Source: Chrysomallon squamiferum (taxonomy: Eukaryota > Animalia > Mollusca). From it: a stretch of DNA of 64,000 bases. The notes beneath the pieces are model-generated. The model ran no database searches and was not told the DNA's origin. It was given only the letters and a program-made list of their open reading frames with translations. Numbering within the stretch: the first letter of the stretch is position 1; the number at the start of each line of letters is the position of its first letter. Below are positions 1 to 13,518 of the stretch, one piece after another. Made by a program: the position numbers and the translations under genes. The DNA is taken from contig CM022667.1 of the NCBI GenBank assembly GCA_012295275.1, positions 3,224,001 to 3,288,000 of the forward strand, given 5' to 3'.

Positions 1-3000
1 AAAATGGACTTGATCCTGTTCGAAGATATCTGCCAGCTCCAGAGAGACCTCGGTTCAATACTCGCTACTCTAAATTTCAGGTAAATACATTGTTAGTTCT
101 TTCTTCTTCTTCTTCTTCTTCTTCCTCTTCCTCTTCTTGTTCTTATTCTGTGTTCCCAAAGTCATAATTAGAATTCTGTGTCTGTCCTCACCAAGAAATC
201 TGCTGTCAGTTGAAAGGATGACATCAACATTTTTCTAACTAGAGAATATCCAAGGAATACTAAAAAACAGCACCGAGCAGTTGAATTTATTTATTAATTT
301 GTTTAATTAATTAATTATTTAATTAATTATTTGCTTGTTTGTTAATAATTAGTTGATTGATACTGTCCTTTTGTAGGGTAAAATGATAAGCTTATTATTA
401 TTACTGGTATTGTTATTGTTGTTATTATTATTATTATTATTTTTATTATTTTAAAATATTTATTTATTTATCATCATTAGAGTTATTTACAGCATATTAT
501 GATTATGTTGGTTATCACTGTTACAAATATACTAATTTTTTTGTGGTCATAATTATGATTCATTAACATTAACATTATTACTATTTTATTTATTTATTTA
601 TTTAATTATAAACATTTTATTACATCATATCAGGGTACTCCGTACGATCTCGGGATTCAGATTGTTCTGATAGCAGAGAGTGCACGTCTGCAGCAGTTGC
701 TAGGCACCTACGGGATCCAGACGCAGACTCCACACCAGATCGAACCCATTCAGATCTGGTCGCCGAAGGAGCTGACCAAGGCCTACGAGTACCTCGGATG
801 TAACAAGAAGCTCGGACTGTCTGGACGTCCAAGCCGACCGTTTGGTGTTCTCAGTACATCCAAGGTGAGTGTCTGGTTGTCTGGTTGTCTGTGTGTCTGT
901 GTGTGTGTGTGTGTGTGGTCAGGGAATAGAACTAGTGGTGGTGGTGGTGATGGTGACCTGGCAGACAGAGTGGAAAGAATGCAGTGTTTTGATTAAAACA
1001 AAAATAAATTAAAAAAAGAGATAAATTTTAAAAGATTTTTGTTCTAGTCATTTTAAATCTTAATTGATTTTTTAAAAACATTTTTGTGTTGTTGTTTTTT
1101 TTAATAATAAAATATTTAGTTAGTGGTTATTTTGTGTGTGTGTGTGTGTGTGTATTTGTATGTGTTACTATAGCTACTACTTAAGACTGCCATTCCTGAT
1201 TCTGCTTCTTTTACTACTACCCCTACTAATCTACTACACTATTATTACTACTAATCTACTACTCTACTATTATTACTTGCTACTATCAATCAGCTTCCTT
1301 CAGATTTATCTCTGTTATTTATAAAAAAAAACTATAATTGATTAATATATTATTATTAATCATGTTGTTGTTGTTGATGATGTTGTTTCAGATCTATTAC
1401 TTATTAAAAAAAACTATTATTGATTAATTTATTATTATTAATATTGTTGTTGTTGTTGATGATGTTTCAGATTTACCACTATTATTATTTTTTTAAACTA
1501 TTATTGGTTAATATATTGTTATTAATGTTGTTGTTTATGAAAAAGATCTATAATTGATTAAAAAAAATTATTATTGATTAATTTATTATTATTAATCATG
1601 TTGTTGTTGTTGATGATGTTGTTTCAGATCTATTACTTATTAAAAAAACTATTATTGATTAATTTATTATTTTTTAAAATTGTTGTTGTTGTTGATGATG
1701 TTGTTTCAGATTTACCACTATTATTATTTTTTAAAAAACTATTATTGGTTAATATATTGTTATTAATGTTGTTGTTGTTGTTGATGATGTTGTTTCAGAT
1801 TTACCGGGCCTGTGGTAAGACAATATTGTGTTATCCACTCTTGTTTGAGCTGAGTGACTTCTACTTGGCCCAAGACATCAACCTTGTCATGGATGACTGC
1901 AAAGTGAGTGCTACATAATTTATTTAAATATCTCAAGTGCATCTCACATACACAGTATTAATATATATTATATATACTTACAATCTGTCTGTTTCTTATA
2001 CAGACAGATAAGAAATATATACTGAAATATATTTTATAAATACATATTTATAATTTTATTCTTAAGTTAATATATGTAGTTAAATACAAACGTCAAGTTC
2101 TTGATTATTTATTTCTATGGGGTTTTTTTGTCCGAGAATTAATGCTGTTAAATGAAAATTATAGTTCAAATAAAAATTTTTGAAAACAAACCTGTGCCTT
2201 TCAGAAAATAATTATTAAGTTAGAATACAATTCAGAAATGAGTTGAAATTTATCATCTTATTTATTTGCATGGGCTGGTAAGTGAAACAGAATGAATGGT
2301 TTGAAAGTTGATAATTCCCTGTTAAAATATTGCATCTTAATGATATAATTGTAAAGCATAATTCTCGTATTTTCTGGAGCTTATCTGTCATCAGAATAGT
2401 AAAATATTGGAAGAATATTTCAGTAAATACATGAATTAATAGTTATAACATTAGTGATGTCCATTCCATGTCAGTAAACTGGAGATAGTGGTTCTTGTGA
2501 TCCCCACACTGAATTCAAACCACAGATATTTATGGTACATGAAGCAACCCATAATAAATTCACAGAAATACTAGTGGTTTTTTTTTTCTGGACTGCTGTT
2601 TTATTTTTACAGAATGATTTGGCCTTTTTGTCAAGATGCTGGAAGCTGTCTGGTCGACCTACCTGGTGCATGATGATCAGAGAGAATGCAATCAGGTGCG
2701 TTGTTTTTGTTACAGGTGGAAACTCTTTTATCCGAAACACTTGGGGCTGGAAGTGTTTCATATTTTGGAATGTAAGGAGAATAGGATATAAGTCTAAATT
2801 AACATTCCATTTCTTTTTCATGTACGGATTGTACAGATGGTCTGCAAGATTTTCTGTATAATATTTTAAATAATTTTGTGCTTGAAATAAAGTCTGTATG
2901 TGCAAAACAGTCCTAAAATTGTAAGATACCATTACTTCTGCTGCTGGGATATTAATAATTATTGTTATTGTTATTATTGCTTTTTAATTTCATCATTTAT

Positions 3001-3289
3001 TATATTGTTATTATTATTATAATTATTGTTATTGTTATATTTATTGATAATAATGTTATTATTGTTGTTGTTATTATTTGGGTTTGGAACAACAGTTCAG
3101 CTATTTAGATCAGTTTATTAGCCAGAGAAAATGGAATCATGAATCTGCATCAAAGATGGTGAAATGTAATTGAACAAAATGGTACCCATGTAGTTGAATA
3201 AATCAGTGTACAAACATCTAAATATTGTCTTTGAATTCCTCTTTTAAAACCACTATACACTTTTGTTCCAGCCTTTATTATTATTACTG

Positions 3290-3336
<47 letters not shown>

Positions 3337-3463
3337 TTTTTCTTTTTTTTTAGAGGTTACAATTTTGTTGGATTTCTTGATCTGTTGGCTCAATTTAAGA
3401 AAGGAAAAATTGATGGGGTCAGAGTTCAAATTGGCAGGTTACAGGTGATTTTAACTCATTTGT

Positions 3464-3503
<40 letters not shown>

Positions 3504-5029
3504 TTTATCTAATGGTTCATTCATATGTTTAAAGAATTTGTGTTGGTATTTTTGAAAATGTACACAATTTTCGTTTTAAATTCTTATTAGTCTTTATACA
3601 TAAATAGATATAAAAGTATAAAAATTATTTTTATCAAGTCTCTGGGACTGCTGTTTGTATATTTGAGTTATTGAGTGAAGTGAGAGGAAGAAAAACAAAC
3701 AATATTAAGTAGAGTGAAGAAAAAAAAAACCCAGAAAAACTGGGAGATTTGTAGAAGAAAAGAAAAAGGGAAGAGAACTGAAATGAAATGAAAAAAAAAA
3801 AGAATAAAGAATTGTGAAATTTTTTATATCTGTATGACATTTTAAGACTTTATTCAGGAAAATAAATTGCAATATTTTTGTAATACTTTATTCTACACAG
3901 TCTAAAGTCTGTTATAATCTTCATAACCGTTAAATGATCTTTTTACTTACTTAATTTCTCTCCTCAGTCTTTCATCTCCACAGCCTGCATTGAGCATCTC
4001 GACTTTCTGCACATGCTTCCTGACCCCTCAGTGTTTGTCCCAGTCCAGGAGAAGATCGACATCTCCATCAACCTGCAGAGCCTCACCGACATCCCAAAAG
4101 TCGACAGCATGGATCTCGATTACAAAGACTTGGTTGATGCAGTGGTAGCTGTCGATTCTTTGTTTTTCAATTAATTTTTATATTATTTTATTTTATTTTT
4201 TTTTTTAAATAACTCTAGTTATTTTGAATTACCTGTTTTTTTAAAATAATAATAAAATAATAATAATACTAATAATTCTAGTATGTTTATTTAGAATTCC
4301 CTGGTTTTTTTAAAATAATAATACTAATAATTCTAGTATGTTTATTTTGAAATACCCTATTTTTCTAAAAATAAAATAAATAATACTAATAAGTCTAGTG
4401 TCTTTATTTTGAATTACCTGGGTTTTTTTAAATAATAAAAATAATAATACTAATAATTCTAGTATTTTTATTTTGAATTACCCTGGGTCTTTTTAAATAA
4501 AATAAATAATACCATCAAGTCTAGGGTCTTTATTTTGAATTACCCTATTTTTTTAAAATAAAATAAATAATAATAATAACTTTGTGTCTTCTTTCTGAAT
4601 TACCCCTTTATTTTTTCTTATATTTTTTATACAATAACTAGGGATTTAATTTCAAATCATTTTATTTTTTTATTTAATAAATTTATTGTTTGGTTGAAAT
4701 GATAGATGTCTTATGGCAGTATTATTTTGCTGTCATGTTTTGTTATTAATAATTATACGTTCACTCAAACCAAATTAAATAATAGCTTGAAAGGATAAAG
4801 AATTGTTTTTCTCTGCTCCATTTGCATTTTAATAAGCAGAAATTTAAATAAAAATGTTCTTCTGATTATTCAACTGACCCCTAATTTGATCAGATTCTTC
4901 AAATCATACTGGCGATCACAAATTTTTCAAGTCCTGAATTACATTTATTTCTTTTTAAAATAATTTTTCTTTCTTAAAAATCTGAGCAATTAATTTATAT
5001 ATTAATTTATTTATTTAATAATAATAATA

Positions 5030-5065
<36 letters not shown>

Positions 5066-5374
5066 GTTTTATTATTTTTTTTTACATATCAAAGCTGTGT
5101 TTTTTAAAAATCAGGGTTGGAATTCAGACAGTGAATTATTTTTTGCATTAATATTTTGCTTGCTTATTTGTTTATTTATTTTTTAATTTTATTTATTTAT
5201 TTATCATTCATTTAGTCATTTGTTTATTTATATTCATTTACTTTTCATTTATCTATTTATTTATTTAGTCATTCATCCATTGATTCGTTCACGTATTCAT
5301 TTATTTTCATACATCTGTTTATTTATTTATCTATTCATTCATTCATTCATTCATTCATTCATTCATTCATTCAT

Positions 5375-5409
<35 letters not shown>

Positions 5410-7057
5410 CTTACTTAATTCAGGAACTTCGAATTAAAGATGTCTCAGAGCTTGTAAACATTTTAAAAACTGCTACAGGACTGATGCAGCAGGCTCAGAT
5501 ATTACAGCTGCTGTACGAACGAGAGGGGGCATTCTTCCGTGTCGATGGTCAAACGGTCAGTACTAAGCTGGAGACACTTGTCCTCAAGGCAGGGGAGAAC
5601 AGACACTGGGCAGTGGTCAGATTGTGTTCTGCCCTATTAGGAAAACTGGTAGACAGCCTGGCACCTTCCGTGACCACAGTGCTAGTGAGAGGGAAGCAGG
5701 TTAGCCTGAGTTAATTGTTCAGTCAAAGTTTTTGTGAAGCTTTTTTAATGTAGTAAATTATATTATAGGGTTTGTCAGTTTATTTACAAAGTAAACAAAG
5801 TGTTATTTCCCTTTTAATGGAAATAAAACAAAATTCTCTGGATTACCTTCAGATAATTTGTTTCAGTAGATCATCTTTGAATGTTTAATTTTTTCTAGAT
5901 AACTCTAATTCTGTACACAACCTTTAAATATATAAATTCTCTTGAAAAACCCTTGTAAAAGTGCAGTATCTAAAATGACCTTTAAACAAGTAATTTCTCT
6001 GGATAACTTTTAATTTACAATTTCACTAAATAACTTTAATTCTCTAGACAACTTTTAAACATGTAATTTCTCTAGATAAACTTTTAAATGTGTAATTTTT
6101 CTAGGTAAACTTTTAAATGTGTAATTTCTCTAGGTAACCCTTTAAACATGTAATTTCTCTATATAAACCTTTACACACAATTACTCTAGATAAACCTTTA
6201 AACGTGTAATTTCTCTAGATAAACCTTTAAACGTGTAATTTCTCTAGATAAACCTTTAAACGTGTAATTTCTCTAGATAACCCTTTAAACATGTAATTTC
6301 TCTATATAAACCTTTACACACAATTACTCTAGATAAACCTTTAAACGTGTAATTTCTCTAGATAAACCTTTAAACGTGTGATTTCTCTAGATAAACCTTT
6401 AAACATGTAATTTCTCTAGATAAACCTTTAAATGTGTAATTTCTCTAGATAACAGTGGGGGTGTTTGGACATGAGGAGGAGGTTCTCGACAAGCCAGTGA
6501 GTCCGAATGAGCTGAAGAACATCATCTACAGCAAATGTCTGCCGTACGACGTCAGCCAGGCTGTCCTGCAACAAGAACTCATTCTCTGCCTTGGCAAGCT
6601 CATCGCAACGTCCTCAGAACTGTTTGACGGCATCCTTAAAATCAGAATTGGGTTAGTTGTAATTTGTTTTTTTTTATCAAAATTGTGTATAAATAATATT
6701 TAGAACATTTATTTTAGTTTTATTTATTTTTTGTTGCAATAATAATGTTTTTTTTTTTTTATAAATGAAAAGGGAAAAATATATATCTGTGTGTGTTTTA
6801 TGGTTTACGTCACTTGACAGTAAGAAATAATTGGATTGTAGAAAAAAGTTTGTTTCTGTCTGTCTATCTCTGTGTATCTCCGAGTATCTTTCTCTCTGTC
6901 TCTCTTAATTTTTCGTGTATATATATATATTGTGTTATGTATATTATTATATGACTGTATTTGGGTATGTGTGAGAATGTATTTTTTAAGAATCACAATT
7001 CTGATAGAGAAACATTGAGAGAGAGAGAAAAAGAGAGAGGCAGACAGACAGAGAGAC

Positions 7058-7097
<40 letters not shown>

Positions 7098-7142
7098 GAA
7101 AGAGAGACAGAGAGAGAAAGACAGAGAGAGAAAGAGAGAGAG

Positions 7143-7223
<81 letters not shown>

Positions 7224-7417
7224 CAGTGTCAGAGATAAATTTATATAAATATATTTTATTTTCTCTCAGCTGGTTTATCCGAGCGATGCAGGTGGAGAAT
7301 GAGAACGTGACAGGAAGTTCTGACATACTCGACCTTTCACCTCACACCATCAAAGAACTCATGTATGCTGTACTCACACTCAACTCCACTGACATTCGCA
7401 GCAGGTGAGTAGACACA

Positions 7418-7457
<40 letters not shown>

Positions 7458-7466
7458 TACTCACAC

Positions 7467-7497
<31 letters not shown>

Positions 7498-9995
7498 CCA
7501 GATACAGATGTACAGACAAAGAGACAGACATACAGACCAGACACACACATATACACATCAGACAGACAGATACAGAGATACATATAGACACCCAACTCAC
7601 AAACATGCAGAAATAAAGACACCAGAAATATTTACAGACAAACTGATGTTTAGACAGACAGATAGACATACAGACATTCTCATACATGATCTTTAATCTT
7701 ACTGCAGTAAAGAACACACTGGATTAATACTGAACTTCATTTGACAGGTTTATTTTAATTTTATTTTATTACGATTTTATCAAATTTTTAATTTCCTTTT
7801 TTTTTTCACAGAACTCCATTTCAAAAAAGACGACTAGATGGCGCTCTCAACAGAGTTCCTAAAGACTTCTACGACAGAGTTTGGCAAATTCTCGAGAAAA
7901 CTCCAGGTGGAATCAAAGTTGCTGGATACCTGTTACCACAGGTAAAAACATTAATTAATAATAACAATAGTAATAAGATACGAATAATAATAGTTTCAAA
8001 AATGTATTAAAAAATAATAAGTATTAATAAACAAATATATAAATAATAATAATAAGTATTAATAGTTATTTGTCACAATAGTAACAGTAGTAGTAATGGT
8101 AGGACTAGTAGTAGTTGTGGTGCTAGTTATAGTAATATAATTAATTTTAAATAGTTTCATTTTATTTATTCACTAATAATAATAAAAAATAATGAATAAA
8201 TAAAAATATACAACTTAAGATTAATTATATTTCTAACTTTCTTTTTCACATTCATTCTGTTAGACAGAAGTGTAATGACTGGAGAATGGAGATTAAATTT
8301 ATATATCTTGACAAAAGTAAATTTTACATTAATTGTTTCATTTAAATACCAAATACTAAGTTATTTTATTTTCTAATAACTCTCTGTGTCGTTTTTCTGT
8401 TTGTATCCTAGCAACCAACTCTGTCAGACATGACGATGTATGAACTCAACTTTTCACTGTTGGTTGAGCAGATGTTGAGCAAAATCATAGAACCAGCGTA
8501 CAGACAGGTCATGGTGGAGGTTGGTTCAAATCCCATTACCGGAATTTTTATTTTATTATTACATATTTTTTTTAAATAACCATATTATTATTATTAATTT
8601 ATTATTTTATCTGAATTTTCTTTTTTATTAAATTACCTTTTTATTATATTTTTTGTTAATTTTTTAAATATTATTACTATTTTAAAAGTTTTATTTTATA
8701 TATGTTTTATTTATTTATTAATATTATATATAAAAAAATTTAAAAAAAAAAAAAAAAAATAAAAAAATTCTTTTTCTTTTTACAGATTTTTTTTTCTTTT
8801 TTATAAGTATTATTATCAATCAGAATTTATTAAAGAATGGAATTTCCCCTTTTTTTTCAGACATTTATGACTGTTTCTACAATTCTGGAAAGAAACCAGA
8901 ACTCACTTTTCAGAAAACTGTCAACATGGATAAGGTAGTCTACTTTATATTTTCCAATCCGACCATGGTTCCAAAATTGTTGTGTATGCTTTCAGCTTAA
9001 GGAAGGAAGATTGTTGTTGTTGCTTATTTGATAGATTTATTTTATTTTATTTTTTTTTCAGCATGTATAAAAATTAAGCAGGTTTGAATTTAAAGAAATT
9101 TATTTATTTTGGGTTTTTTTCTTCAAGTGTTTATTAATAGTTATTTTTTATTATTATTATTATTATTATTATTTATAATTATTTATTTATTCACTTTGGT
9201 TATTATTTATTTATTTATACAATTATTTATTTATTCATTTACTTACTATTACTTGTTGGTTTAGTTATTTACTTACTTACTAACTTAACATATTTATTTA
9301 TTTTCTTATTTATTCATTTACTTATCTATTTATTTATTTATTTATTTTCTTATTTATTCATTTATTTATTTATTTTCTTATTTATTTATTTACTTATTTA
9401 TTTGTTTATTTACTTATTTATTTACTTATTTATTTACTTATTATTTTTTTATTTACTTATTTATTTATTTACTTATTTATTTACTTATTATATACTTATT
9501 CTTTATTTATTTACTTATTAATTTATTTTCTTATTATTTACTTATTTTTTTACTTATTTATTTGTTTATTTACTTATTTATTTACTTATTTATTTACTTA
9601 TTATTTATTTATTTATTTACTTATTATTTATTTACTTATTATTTATTTATTTATTTACTTATTATTTATTTATTTATTTACTTATTATTATTTATTTATT
9701 TACTTTCTTATTTATTTACTTATTATTTATTTATTTATTTATTTACTTATTTATTTACTTATTTATTTATTTATTTATTTATTTACCACAGATAATTCAG
9801 GAGGCGTTTGAGAATTACCAACATGACCTGAGTCGACTGAAGGAGTGTGAGAAACAAGACGACATGTGCGGCTTCTTCAACACCCCACCCAACGTCAAAC
9901 ACGGAACCACGACGTACATCGCCAAGGCAGTGATGAATCAGCTACTTGACGGCGAACTTCACGTCACGTCAGAAAACATCTGCAGCGTGTCGTAA
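1..9995 (+). CDS. PHKB: Phosphorylase b kinase regulatory subunit beta, 5'-truncated by the window edge. Exons: <1-80, 634-864, 1799-1903, 2613-2695, 3354-3444, 3968-4144 (alternative in-phase donor after 4132), 5424-5699, 6449-6651, 7270-7404, 7812-7941, 8412-8519, 8861-8934 (1-nt frameshift), 9792-9995
   Basis: GT-AG exons join in phase and give PHKB-typical peptides: [97 protein letters not shown]. It ends in a CAAX box (CSVS-stop, TAA 9993-9995), as expected for the farnesylated beta subunit. Confidence 0.95.
1330..1805 (+). repeat. Degenerate ~80-90 bp tandem repeat containing copies of a PHKB 3' splice site
   Basis: The motif (GTT)nGATGATG(TTG)TTTCAG|AT recurs, with AG ending at 1391, 1470, 1627, 1709 and 1798 (the real acceptor). 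Confidence 0.85.
4205..4610. repeat. Intronic ~55-60 bp minisatellite, about 7 degenerate copies
   Basis: Recurring unit AATAATACTAATAATTCTAGTATGTTTATTTTGAATTACCC...TTTTTTAAAATAA in the PHKB intron. Confidence 0.8.
6035..6452 (+). repeat. 29-bp minisatellite (~15 copies) whose last unit supplies the PHKB acceptor at 6448
   Basis: Unit TAAACCTTTAAACGTGTAATTTCTCTAGA. TAG ends at 6047, 6075, 6104, 6133, 6189, 6218, 6247, 6276, 6332, 6361, 6390, 6419 and 6448. Confidence 0.92.
7017..7218. repeat. (GA)n/(GACA) microsatellite
   Basis: Visible dinucleotide run in a PHKB intron. Similar (CT)n/(GA)n/(CA)n runs lie near 12757-12835, 14508-14598, 43547-43666, 54027-54126, 54781-54880, 57225-57302 and 59134-59286. 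Confidence 0.95.
9160..9785. repeat. (TTTA)n/(TTTACTTA)n low-complexity array in the last PHKB intron
   Basis: About 600 bp of TTTA/CTTA tetramer variants, directly visible. Confidence 0.9.
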
Positions 9996-10863
9996 ACAAA
10001 CAGCCGAATTCTTTTACAAAATTAATTTTTTCAACTGGTTTTTTTATTTTTCTGTCTGTTCTAAAAATCATGGTGTTTCTTTGGAATTATTTACAGGTTT
10101 TGGCTAAAGATCTGTGGATCAAAATTATAAATATTTAACGATTTTTACCAAAGGTGTTGGTTGTGTGTGTTTGTGCGTGTGTGTGTGTGTCTGTCTGTGT
10201 GTGTGTCCAGTTCTTAAAAAGGTAAAATTTTGAAGCAAATCTTTCCTAAAATTACTGAAAGAAAATTTTGTGTTGTTTGATTTGTTTTCCCAGTATTAAA
10301 AAGACTTTTATGGAAATTTTTTCCAGAAATATTGGAAGAGAATTTCCAATCAATTGCTTTTCACTACTTTCATCTTTTTTTTTTTCTTTTTTTTTCGTGA
10401 CTAGAATTGGACATAATTTCTATTTAATAGATTTCTTTTTGGCAAAATACAAATTTTAGTTTTTGAATTGTTAAATGTGAAATGCTTTATTCTGTACAGT
10501 GATTCCTGCAAGAGACATTCAAGAAAAAGGATTTTAGATACGGTTTAAATTAGAATTTTTATGGTTCATTTAGATTTATTGTTTATGAACATAAATCAAG
10601 TGGATATTTCTAGAAAAGAAAAAAATAACACATAGAATGTTGTATCTACATCAAAGTGTGCTTTCCTCTAGTGACATTTTTATAGTTTTGTGTGTTAAAT
10701 TTTTTATGAATGATTTTTTTATTATGAGAGTATTGGACTGTTTTCCAGCAAGAAATGTTGATTTATTATTATTATTATTATTATCTTCATCATTTATTTT
10801 ATTTTTTTTTATTACTATTATTAATCAGCATCATTATTTTTATTTGTGTTAATAACATTTTTA

Positions 10864-10894
<31 letters not shown>

Positions 10895-12752
10895 TTTTTT
10901 TTTACCTTTCCATCTTGAAACTATCTGATAATTTGCTTGTTAGTTATTTTATTCATGAGACTGTTAATAAATTCTTCTTCGATTACTAATTTAATATTTA
11001 ATCGTGTGATGTGTTTATTTGTTGTCATGGATACAATAGCTGTACAGTAGCAGAGATTTACAAAATGTATGAACACTCTTTATTATTGTTCATATGGATG
11101 GTTAACTTTGTTATTTAGTGATACGATGATAATGTTAATAATTTATTTATTTTATTTTGTTTTATTTTTTTTAAATATTGGAATTGTTACTTCTTTTACT
11201 ACACATTATTTCTAGGCCATTTTAAATGGTGACATTGTCAGCAGTTTCTTTGGCTTGAGGTAGATTTGAAAACATCCATACTTTGTATATTTTTGTAAAA
11301 TCTTTAGATGGCTTAAAAAGCTTTAGTTCATTTGAAGAAGAAAAATTCAGATACCATGGAAAGCTCTGAACATAACTTAAATTTTTTTAAAATAAATCAT
11401 GTTTTAGTGAAATAACATCAGTAGAGGAGAGTATAAAATGGTTGCCATATTGCCAACATTGGAAGTAGTCAAAACTTTTATCAAAATTTTTTGAAAATTT
11501 TAAGATATGGTTGTGAATATAGTATTAATATTTAATATAAAGGAAAAAAAAAAAAAACATAAAAAAAAATGTATAGAAAGCTAAAAGCTTAATATAATGA
11601 TTGTTACAAACATGTAGTCTGTTTTTAACCTGTTTATTACAGAACAAAAACTGTTCTTATTTTAAATATTTAACTACTTAAATTATAGAATAAATTATCA
11701 GGGTATGCCAGTTTTTACTATTTTAAAAACATAAACTTTTTGACTAGAATATTCAAAACATTTAGTATGTTGATAAATCTTTAAGGTTTATTGTATAAAA
11801 AAATATATTCTATAAATTTATACCTTATTTATAGATGTTCACATTAAATGTAAAAATAATGTTGAAAATTTATAATGTAGGAATTTAATAAATAATTAAG
11901 TGATATTAGTAAATGATGTATCCATTTTTTGTTAACAATAAAGTTTTAGAACAATGAGCCATTTCTTGTATTATTATTAACAAATCATGAAAAAAAAAAA
12001 GATGTAGAATAAAATATTTTCATTTTTAATTATCATTTAGTAAGATTTATATTGTTTTAAAATTTATATTTTGTGTTTTTAAAAAAAGTGTCTAAAAATG
12101 ACAATAAAGTTGTTTTGATACTTTTGTATGAACTTTCATATATGAAGAAGTACTGTTAATGAATTTCTGAAGTTTAGAAAATTTAAAGTATTGTTTGAAG
12201 TTGTGCTTTGAGCCCTATAACAAACTATAACAATAAAATAATGTGAATACGATAGCTTCAAAATCCTGTATTAATTGTGTGGTTTAATCTCATTCTAGCC
12301 ATTACAAAATTCTCCTAATTAATGCTCAAAGAAAAATAAAACATGGACAATTTTAATGGGGAAAATTGTAAAAGAAAAATATTTTGTGTATAAAAGTTTT
12401 GTTACTGACTTTTTATCCTTTGCTTTCACATAGTGTTGACAAGTTCAAACACAGAATGGGGTGAGTTATTTATGAATTTTTTGTCTGAATACAGTTATTT
12501 GTCTTTGGATCTGTAATTAATGTGTAAAAAGTTGTTTTTTTTTTATATAAAAACTGAATGTAACTTTGTTGTAATTCATCTGTCACTTTTTGAAATTAGA
12601 ATAATTTAAAATCTTGTTTTAAAACAAACCTGAAGTTGTTTTAATTTTTTAGATTCCACAACTATGTATTGATGTTTTGGTGATGTGCTTAATAGATTTC
12701 CTTCACTGGAAAAAGAGTGTATCCTGAGCAATTCGAATTTACAGTAAGGTAA

Positions 12753-12825
<73 letters not shown>

Positions 12826-13482
12826 CTCTCTCTCGCTGTGTCTGTCTAAAATGAATCTCACTACCTAATAATTTTAAAACCTATCATATAATAGAAACAT
12901 TCAACTGAATAACTTTGAAATTACAAATATATTGTCACAAATGAATACTGCTGTATATTCAGCATGCTGTTTGTCACAATTTTGGTAGAGCTCTCTAATT
13001 TTAATTTTTACTAATATTGTAATAGAATACTCACAAAATTGAGATTGTTGTAAATATTGATGTTATATGTAAATAGAGTGATTTGATCTGTTTGGGAAAA
13101 AACTTCACATTATTAAAGGAATCCCACATACAGGCTAAAACTCAACCCAGATTGTGGAATTAAGAAATTATAACAAACCCAAATTTTTATGGAATGTATA
13201 TAATATTGTTAACAAAATTACAGGGTTTTGGGTTTTTTTTTTTTTTTTATTGTTACGTATGAGCATTATGATGCAGTAAAAATTATTTTTGTTTCTAAGT
13301 TTTTTATTTCATTGTTTTGTGGACACTCAGTTTGTATTCATAATAAACATAACATTAATAAACATATTTTCGGCAAATTTCAAATAATAATCCTTGTTTT
13401 ATTATAGATGCGCATTTTGACATTTATATATAAACGTGTGTGTCTGTGTGTGTGTGTGTGTGTGTAGATAAATAGCTAGATA

Positions 13483-13518
<36 letters not shown>

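Noticed and set aside
6805-7717. ORFs rich in SLSL, ERER, CVCV or HTHT (also 14475-14893, 43483-43729, 53961-55216, 58019-58324, 59043-59258)
   Set aside because: They are translations of dinucleotide microsatellites, not genes.
11021-11034. RFX X-box-like GTTGTCATGGATAC (also ATTGCCATGGTAAC at 26834-26847) as BBS10 regulators
   Set aside because: Both are far from the BBS10 start and lie in another gene's UTR or intron, so no link can be supported from sequence alone.
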